Virus record (IMG/VR): IMGVR_UViG_3300033553_000338
Location: 64,001-128,000 of that record
Reading direction: 5' to 3' (one strand)
Length of the DNA stretch: 64,000 nt
DNA from: a virus
Below the pieces are notes generated by a model that made no database searches, was not told the DNA's origin, and worked only from the letters and a program-made list of their open reading frames with translations. Positions 29,383 to 35,159 of this stretch are shown here, in pieces (position 1 is the stretch's first letter; every line of letters starts with the position of its first letter). The translations under genes and the position numbers were made by a program.

Positions 29383-29752
29383 TGTATGGCGTAAGCTATT
29401 CGATATAGTTCAATGCTACATTAAGTCGCATGTTTGGACCCGGGTTCGATTCCCGGCATCTCCACTCGTAGTCCAATTAAAAGAAGAAGTTGTCCGGGTA
29501 ATTCCCGGCTGATCTTAGGAGATTTTTGGGGTAGCCTAAGAAAGAATGACAAAAACATTTTCGGAAGTACTATAGGTACGTTATACCGGATTTGCCCATC
29601 CACGGGGATGACTGGTTTTGACAGGTGTGTAGAAGTGATGTAGGGAACACAAGCAGTTTTTTAAACGGCAAAACAATTCCATTATTTAGCAACGCGCAGG
29701 TCAGACTTGCAGCGTAGTTAACGGTTTCTCCTGGCTCCGTAATGCCGGGAAA
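29383..29752 (+). ncRNA. ssrA: Circularly permuted (two-piece) tmRNA: acceptor piece ~29383-29464, intervening segment, coding piece 29604-~29752
   Basis: The 3' module GGAC-CCGGG-TTCGATT-CCCGG-CATCTCC-A comes before the 5' module GGGGATG-ACTGGTTTTGAC. They form a 7-bp acceptor stem with G3:U70. P2 pairings TGATGTAG/CTACATTA and GAAC/GTTC. Tag 29667-29717 = GKTIPLFSNAQVRLAA*. Confidence 0.88.
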
Positions 29753-29753
29753 T

Positions 29754-29893
29754 GGGAAAGTAGCTCAGTTGGTAGAGCTGGAGGCTGAACGCCTCTGGAG
29801 AGCCTCGGAAACACGGATGCGTGTTTTGTCAGTAAAGGCCAACGAATCGGGGGACATCCCGAAAGTGCGTAGGTTCGAGTCCTACCTATCCCA
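29754..29893 (+). ncRNA. Oversized tRNA-like RNA (140 nt; GAA at the anticodon position; ~70-nt variable domain)
   Basis: Acceptor GGGAAAG/CTATCCC, D arm GCTC-AGTTGGTA-GAGC, GGAGG-CTGAACG-CCTCT, T arm GTAGG-TTCGAGT-CCTAC. Confidence 0.75.
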
Positions 29894-29912
29894 CAACTAA
29901 AATCAGCTATTA

Positions 29913-30100
29913 TGGTAGTTTACCCTTTAGTAGCGGATGTGCCGAATGTGACAATCTTTGCGAAATGCATTGAGATCCGGTGGTTCTATAAAATCGAAAA
30001 ACCACTGGGTAAATTAACCAAGAACACTTGCCTTAGGCCGAATTTGGGGTTCGGTAACTAAGCAAAGCACATTCGTAATCCCGGGATGGTTTATCCCGGG
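29913..30100 (+). ncRNA. Unassigned structured RNA (~190 nt)
   Basis: Multiple nested stems plus a long-range CGAATGTG/CACATTCG pairing; lies between two tRNA-like genes. Confidence 0.55.
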
Positions 30101-30105
30101 TACAA

Positions 30106-30194
30106 GGAGAGTTGGGTAAGAGGCTTAAGCCACCGGTTTGCTAAACCGGCGTACAGATTAAACTGTACCGGGGGTTCGAATCCCTCACTCTCCG
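30106..30194 (+). tRNA. tRNA-Ser(GCT)
   Basis: Acceptor GGAGAGT/ACTCTCC, G73, CCGGT-TTGCTAA-ACCGG, long variable arm, T arm with TTCGAAT loop. Confidence 0.93.
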
Positions 30195-30205
30195 CTGAAA
30201 TGTAT

Positions 30206-30333
30206 AGGGATATGACGGAATTGGTAGACGCTAAAGATGGAGGTATGAAACAATCAAGCTGCATTGTGCATGATGTGTAGAGCATGTTAGTAATATCTGT
30301 GAAGTCGTGCAGGTTCGAATCCTGCTATCTCTT
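30206..30333 (+). ncRNA. Oversized tRNA-like RNA (128 nt) with expanded anticodon domain
   Basis: Acceptor AGGGATA/TATCTCT, Leu-type D region ACGGAATTGGTAGACG, T arm GCAGG-TTCGAAT-CCTGC; no canonical anticodon arm. Confidence 0.7.
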
Positions 30334-30345
30334 AAAATTAAACAT

Positions 30346-30519
30346 GTATGTCTGTCCCAGTTGGGGGAGCATCTGGAGCACAAGGAAAGGGAGTCATGCC
30401 CCGGAACTTGTGTTCATGTACAATACCTGGAGTTTTTGTAAAAGTGTACATATTACACAAACTCCAATCATTGTCTTATGGAAACAAAAGGATGTAGGGT
30501 TCGAATCCCTGGATATACT
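30346..30519 (+). ncRNA. Oversized tRNA-like RNA (174 nt) with multibranched, pseudoknotted insert
   Basis: Acceptor GTATGTC/GATATAC, D arm TCCC-AGTTGG-GGGA, T arm TAGGG-TTCGAAT-CCCTG. Confidence 0.65.
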
Positions 30520-30526
30520 CTGATAC

Positions 30527-30615
30527 AAAAGACGGAAACAGGCATCGGTCCGGATTTGAATGGAGATACCATAGGCTTTCAGCGTAGGCTGATGATGCGG
30601 AAAACTAAGTCTTTT
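30527..30615 (+). ncRNA. Unassigned structured RNA (~90 nt)
   Basis: AAAAGAC/GTCTTTT, GCATC/GATGC, TCAGC/GCTGA and TGG/CCA stems. Confidence 0.45.
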
Positions 30616-30620
30616 TATCT

Positions 30621-30687
30621 GGACCTCTATCACTTTAGAATGGTTGCCCTTGGCTCAAGGGTTCAGGTTCGATTCCTGAGAGGTCCG
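30621..30687 (+). ncRNA. Minimal tRNA-like RNA (67 nt), non-canonical D and anticodon arms
   Basis: Acceptor GGACCTC/GAGGTCC, T arm TCAGG-TTCGATT-CCTGA, hairpin CCCTTG-GCT-CAAGGG. Confidence 0.6.
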
Positions 30688-30724
30688 CTTAGTTGGTTGG
30701 TTAGTTTTTTAGTGTTGGTTTTTT

Positions 30725-30796
30725 AGGTCTTTAGCTCAGTTGGAAGAGCGTTAGGTTCACCCCTAAAGGTCCCGGGTTCGAGTCCCGGAAGGCCCC
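30725..30796 (+). tRNA. tRNA with a 6-nt anticodon loop (TTCACC; Val-CAC-like, identity uncertain)
   Basis: Canonical D arm GCTC-AGTTGGAA-GAGC and T arm CCGGG-TTCGAGT-CCCGG; stem TTAGG/CCTAA; A1:C72 mismatch. Confidence 0.7.
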
Positions 30797-30810
30797 CAAA
30801 TTTAGTAACA

Positions 30811-31026
30811 ATGTTCACAGATAAAGTAAAGACAATGACACTCTTATCAGTAATTGCAGTAATAGTTCTATACTTAACCGTCTTCTACAGTTTCATACTG
30901 CCTAAGATGATCTACAGTGAGTCTAATTTTATTGCATCAATGGGGAGTTTCCTATTCTTTACCAGTCTGATAGCACTCTTGATTTTAATTAACATTTTTA
31001 AATATTTTCTTTTTATTAATCCTTAA
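30811..31026 (+). CDS. Small two-TM membrane protein
   Basis: Two hydrophobic segments. Confidence 0.6.
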   Translation: MFTDKVKTMTLLSVIAVIVLYLTVFYSFILPKMIYSESNFIASMGSFLFFTSLIALLILINIFKYFLFINP

Positions 31027-31038
31027 ATTTTATCAAAA

Positions 31039-31443
31039 ATGAAGAAGTACATTGTTGTTTTATTGCTAGTACTTAGCGCGTGTTTGATCCCGCAGATTGA
31101 CTGGGATCCTGGAGAAGGCTTGGATAAGCCTATTGTAGAAAATTGTATTGATTGCCCTGCCAGCATGGTTCAGGGGGTTACCGCGTATCAGATGATCCAC
31201 CAGGACATCAATCAGGTAGTGTATGCTCCTTTGGAGTATCAACCTTTGTCAGTGGAATCCACCGGTTTAAATCCAAAGCAAGCGACTCTACCAGAGAGTT
31301 TTCAGCGATTTCGACCCCAGAATAGTCTACAGGCGAAGTACCATCTATACAATACCATAAGCAAATTGAATCCCGAGTACATGGACCAGCATATTGATGC
31401 AACGGTCTTACGACACATTACAACTCAGGAATACCAGGTTTAG
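31039..31443 (+). CDS. Putative lipoprotein/secreted protein
   Basis: MKKYIVVLLLVLSAC signal peptide with an LSAC lipobox-like motif. Confidence 0.65.
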   Translation: MKKYIVVLLLVLSACLIPQIDWDPGEGLDKPIVENCIDCPASMVQGVTAYQMIHQDINQVVYAPLEYQPLSVESTGLNPKQATLPESFQRFRPQNSLQAKYHLYNTISKLNPEYMDQHIDATVLRHITTQEYQV

Positions 31444-31470
31444 CCTACAAAAGAAAGTACAATAAATAAT

Positions 31471-31503
31471 AAAAATCAGGTAGGGTTTTCTCTACCTGAT
31501 TTT
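31471..31503. terminator. Hairpin/terminator
   Basis: AAAATCAGGTAG-GGTTTTCT-CTACCTGATTTT. Confidence 0.65.
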
Positions 31504-31508
31504 CACAA

Positions 31509-31671
31509 GGGGATTAAGCTGTTGGACCAGCCCGGGGAGAATGTACCTGGAGAGTGTTTGTGGAGCGTGAAGCATATCCGAGGATTTAAGATAGCCTAAG
31601 GTAACACATAACGGTGTGTGAAATACAGAATCCTAAAAGTAGCCACTGAGGTTCGAGTCCTCAAATCCCCA
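31509..31671 (+). ncRNA. Oversized tRNA-like RNA (163 nt) with large variable domain
   Basis: Perfect acceptor GGGGATT/AATCCCC, D arm GCTG-TTGGAC-CAGC, T arm TGAGG-TTCGAGT-CCTCA. Confidence 0.7.
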
Positions 31672-31713
31672 CAATAATTCAGTATTTAAAATCAATCTAT
31701 TAAATAAATACTC

Positions 31714-32469
31714 ATGGAAAATCAAATTACTTTAGAATTCCCAGAAAGCACTCACTTCTTAGGCAGGAATGGAATCTCAAAATGTTCCGGCCTATGCCTA
31801 CAAAAGGCAGAGGCTGGAAAGTACCTGGCTATTTTTCCGATTAATTTAAAAAATCTCACGGGAAGCTCTCGTGTGGATATCCCTGAATCAAGTATCTCTG
31901 AATTGAAAGTTGCCTTACACAGGCTGTATCCTGAAATTTCAAATAAACCAGTCCTACCCATTAAGATCTCCCCAGAAAAACTTGAGGAGATGATCAAGCA
32001 AAATCAAGAAGAGCTTCAGAATGAGGGCATTGAGACCCCTGAGTATGACCACAGTTATTTTTGTGAAACTTGCGAAAGTACCTCTGGGGCATGTCATCCT
32101 GTAACTGGGATGTGCTTTATTTGTGGTGCAGATGATTGGGCTCCAGTTACCAGTCCTCCTGAGGTATTGGAATTACATCCTAGTCCACCAGGGCAGGAAA
32201 AAGTTGAGGGGACAATTAAGTGTGCTATTGCTGATCTCGAAGGCATCATGCCAGTACATGACCCTGATGGAGACCGTACTCACCCAGGATGGGGGACTTT
32301 GGCTGACTTGAAGAGGGTCCTTGCCAATCTTACCGGGGACTTCAAGGAACTATTCCAGGAGCTTGAAGATGTCGAATGCGATCATGATAAGATTGCTGAA
32401 GACTTCTATCACTTCAAACCTGGGACTCCCCGCGCAGAAATACACACCTGGATTTGCTCGCCACTTTAA
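31714..32469 (+). CDS. Multidomain hypothetical protein with CxxC zinc-finger motifs
   Basis: FCETC...CHPVTGMCFIC; possible frameshift near the 3' end. Confidence 0.7.
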   Translation: MENQITLEFPESTHFLGRNGISKCSGLCLQKAEAGKYLAIFPINLKNLTGSSRVDIPESSISELKVALHRLYPEISNKPVLPIKISPEKLEEMIKQNQEELQNEGIETPEYDHSYFCETCESTSGACHPVTGMCFICGADDWAPVTSPPEVLELHPSPPGQEKVEGTIKCAIADLEGIMPVHDPDGDRTHPGWGTLADLKRVLANLTGDFKELFQELEDVECDHDKIAEDFYHFKPGTPRAEIHTWICSPL

Positions 32470-32479
32470 ATCAATCAAA

Positions 32480-32908
32480 ATGGAAAAATACCTATTAATT
32501 ACACTTTCTTGTCAAGAGGGGGAAAGAGCCTACACCCAGTATTGTCCCGTCATAACTATGGAAACTGACTTTAGAAAGGTAGCTGAGCAGCATGCCTCAA
32601 CTTTCTGGGGAGAAAGTGGGGTAGAGGAAAACGGCTATTGGTGGTTCTTTGGTGAGACTACAGTTTGTGTTGTGGACGTAATTGAAATCACCAAATCAGA
32701 GTATGAGATCTTCACAACGGTAAAATCCGGACGGTCCAAGCTAGGAAATGCATTGGATGTGTTAATTGAAGCCAGAAGCCTGTTTGAAGAATGGATGCCC
32801 GAGGATGAGACCTCCGCTGCAGAGTTCCAGGCAATCATAGAGAAGATCAATGTTTTAGAAACATCCCTTCCTAAGTATACAGAAATAGACTTTGGTGAAG
32901 ATGAGTAA
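32480..32908 (+). CDS. Hypothetical protein
   Basis: ATG 32480 (MEKYLL). Confidence 0.7.
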   Translation: MEKYLLITLSCQEGERAYTQYCPVITMETDFRKVAEQHASTFWGESGVEENGYWWFFGETTVCVVDVIEITKSEYEIFTTVKSGRSKLGNALDVLIEARSLFEEWMPEDETSAAEFQAIIEKINVLETSLPKYTEIDFGEDE

Positions 32909-33785
32909 ACTAACAGTACTCAGCTACGGAGCCGGTCAGGATAGTACTGCTATCCTGTACAAAATGATCTACGATAGGGAATTTCGGAATAAGTATGTCC
33001 CGGAAGATCTGATTGTCGTGATGGCCGAGACCGGAAATGAGCATCCAGAAACTGAGGATCATGTTGAATTTACACGAGGTCTTTGTAAAACGAATAACAT
33101 CCCTTTCTACCATCTGGGGTATAACTATACTCCGGACGGGTGGAAAGGAGGTTTGATAAAGTTCTATGAACGTACCTCAACAGTAGGATCCAAAGCCTTT
33201 CCCAAAACATGCACGGATAAGCTCAAAATACAGGCCATCTACAGCTTCCTTGAGCAGTATGTCCATAAGACCTATAAAACGGTTGCATTTGGACGGAAAC
33301 GTGCCCTGAAGGAGTTTGCTAACAAGTATGGGAAGATCGATGTATTGATTGGAATCGCAGCAGGGGAGGAGAAGCGGATAGCAGTTGATGGTAGCAGCCC
33401 AAATAAGTGGATGAATCTTGCTATTCGCAGGATCTACCCATTGGTTGACCTGGGTATGGACCGGGGGGCTTGTCAGAAATACATGTCTATGATAGGCATG
33501 CCAATTCCAATCCCATCAAACTGTATCCTCTGCCCATTTATGAGCAAACAGGAACTGTTGTACCTATCGTTAGCTTACCCGGAATGGTATCTGAAATGGG
33601 TAGACCTGGAGCAAACAAAGATCGATGCCAATAAACACATGGGAGCTAAGAATCTGGGAGTATGGGGTAAGAAATTACTACCTGAGATCCTGAAAGAAGC
33701 CCAGGAAAAGTTTGCTGATATGAGCTTTGAGGATCTGAAAGAGTATAAGATGTCCCATGGACATTGTGTTATGTCAAAGTATTAA
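32901..33785 (+). CDS. Second PAPS-reductase-like (PP-loop) protein
   Basis: VLSYGAGQDST, AETGNEHPET, CTDKLKI, YPLVD and SNCILCPF. Confidence 0.8.
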   Translation: MSKLTVLSYGAGQDSTAILYKMIYDREFRNKYVPEDLIVVMAETGNEHPETEDHVEFTRGLCKTNNIPFYHLGYNYTPDGWKGGLIKFYERTSTVGSKAFPKTCTDKLKIQAIYSFLEQYVHKTYKTVAFGRKRALKEFANKYGKIDVLIGIAAGEEKRIAVDGSSPNKWMNLAIRRIYPLVDLGMDRGACQKYMSMIGMPIPIPSNCILCPFMSKQELLYLSLAYPEWYLKWVDLEQTKIDANKHMGAKNLGVWGKKLLPEILKEAQEKFADMSFEDLKEYKMSHGHCVMSKY

Positions 33786-33798
33786 CAATTAGAATATT

Positions 33799-34308
33799 AT
33801 GAACGAATTTACACTTGAAGAGCTGTATGCTGCCATTGCACAATTTATGGGGTATTACCAGCCAGAGGAATTTTCTGAAAATAGACTATTCTCATTCCAG
33901 GTTTACTTCTCAAAAGCGGAATGTCAGGAAGATTTCCCGGATGAGGTTATAAAGACCTATTACGGGAATGATATCGAGGAATTTACCTTTATGGACTCTC
34001 CCTGGGACAAGAAGTCATTAGATGATCTGCTCCCTTGCCTTACTAAATTGATGCAAGAGACAGCTAATGCTTCCGGGATTGGTGCGTCACATGATTTTTC
34101 AATTGGGGCCAGTTCAATGTACCCACCCGGAGTTATTATATCCCGGGCAAGTGCCCGTAATGGTGCCCCAATTGCATTCTCTGTGAAGCCTGTAGACGGG
34201 GAAAATGCCTTCTACAATTCAGTTTTTGAATTATGTGCCGGTTTTGCCTTATCCAAGGTAAGTCCCGATAGTTTTAAACCTTATTTAATAATCAAAAAAG
34301 ATGACTGA
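33799..34308 (+). CDS. Hypothetical protein (distant member of the SWDWL paralog group)
   Basis: AAIAQFMG...SLDDLLPCLTKL. Confidence 0.65.
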   Translation: MNEFTLEELYAAIAQFMGYYQPEEFSENRLFSFQVYFSKAECQEDFPDEVIKTYYGNDIEEFTFMDSPWDKKSLDDLLPCLTKLMQETANASGIGASHDFSIGASSMYPPGVIISRASARNGAPIAFSVKPVDGENAFYNSVFELCAGFALSKVSPDSFKPYLIIKKDD

Positions 34309-34618
34309 GAAAAAATACAGAAACGAAAAAGGTAAGGAAAGCTACATAGGATCCTACCAGTTTGATGACTTTCTGGTTTCCAATACTAAGGAGCATGGTC
34401 ACTGGGCTTTTAGAAAAGCTTTAGAGAGTCCCGGAGAGAAAGTCTTCATTGAATTTGAGGATACTCCGCGCAACAGTGGTAATTGGTATGCCGGATACAT
34501 CAAATTTGACCCTGACACAAAGATTATGACTATGTGGGGAAATGTGCCGATAAAGTGCCCATCATCTTGCCAACATCATCGTGGATCAATCTGTCCGGTG
34601 TGTGGCCTAAACGGATAA
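34301..34618 (+). CDS. Hypothetical protein with C-terminal Cys/His cluster
   Basis: CPSSCQHH...CPVC. Confidence 0.65.
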   Translation: MTEKKYRNEKGKESYIGSYQFDDFLVSNTKEHGHWAFRKALESPGEKVFIEFEDTPRNSGNWYAGYIKFDPDTKIMTMWGNVPIKCPSSCQHHRGSICPVCGLNG

Positions 34619-34621
34619 ACT

Positions 34622-34822
34622 ATGAAATTACGAGATTACATTAAATCGCTGGAAAATTTTGCAAGTAAGCACCCCGGATCCCTGGATCTCCAAGTAGTAA
34701 CCAGCTCGGATGATGAGGGAAACAACTTCAACCCTGTAATTTGTGGTCCCAGTAATGGGCTGTTGGAAGGGAATGACTTTAGCACGAATACTACCAGGTT
34801 CAACGCAGTTTGCGTGAACTAA
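34622..34822 (+). CDS. Small phage hypothetical protein
   Basis: SSDDEGNNF motif. Confidence 0.65.
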   Translation: MKLRDYIKSLENFASKHPGSLDLQVVTSSDDEGNNFNPVICGPSNGLLEGNDFSTNTTRFNAVCVN

Positions 34823-34835
34823 ACCTACTGAAACC

Positions 34836-35130
34836 AACACCGGCCACAGGTCGAGTATAGAAGACGCATTAACTATACGCACTGTTAATTTTAAACTAAA
34901 ATATTATGAAAATCAAATTGATTTATGTGACGACAAAACAAGTTTCTGATTTCATTAATAGGGAAACTGAACGATTGAAAATTAACAAAGGCGAATTATT
35001 AAAAGAGGTTAAATATGTATTGTTGGACTTAAAGCAGTACCCTAACGATAATCGTAATCAGATAAAATACTACACAAGAATTTACAAAGCACTTAATCGT
35101 GCATAACACCGGCCACAGGCCGAGTATAGA
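34836..35130 (+). repeat. 26-bp direct repeats (1 mismatch) bracketing one small gene
   Basis: AACACCGGCCACAGG(T/C)CGAGTATAGA at 34836-34861 and 35105-35130. Confidence 0.85.
34906..35106 (+). CDS. AT-rich hypothetical protein inside the repeat-bounded unit
   Basis: 66-aa ORF whose TAA overlaps the second repeat. Confidence 0.65.
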   Translation: MKIKLIYVTTKQVSDFINRETERLKINKGELLKEVKYVLLDLKQYPNDNRNQIKYYTRIYKALNRA

Positions 35131-35159
35131 GATATTGTTACACATTTAATTATATACCT

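Noticed and set aside
30589-30611. Hammerhead ribozyme (CTGATGA...GAAA)
   Set aside because: Only 4 nt lie between the motifs, and no stem I pairing forms around either GTC candidate.
29421-30726. Short track ORFs overlapping the RNA island
   Set aside because: They overlap tmRNA/tRNA structures, lack plausible leaders and give non-protein-like translations.
30750-30766. UGA-suppressor (TCA anticodon) reading of the last tRNA
   Set aside because: The TTAGG/CCTAA stem does not centre TCA in a 7-nt loop, and there is no sign of TGA readthrough.
29754-31671. Group I/II introns inside the oversized tRNAs
   Set aside because: Inserts of 55-120 nt are too short and lack recognisable core motifs; two lie in the variable arm. 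Protein-dependent splicing cannot be excluded.
24491-33785. Complete Dnd/Ssp phosphorothioation or 7-deazaguanine pathway
   Set aside because: No DndD/E, cysteine desulfurase, DpdA, QueD/E or FolE recognised in the window.
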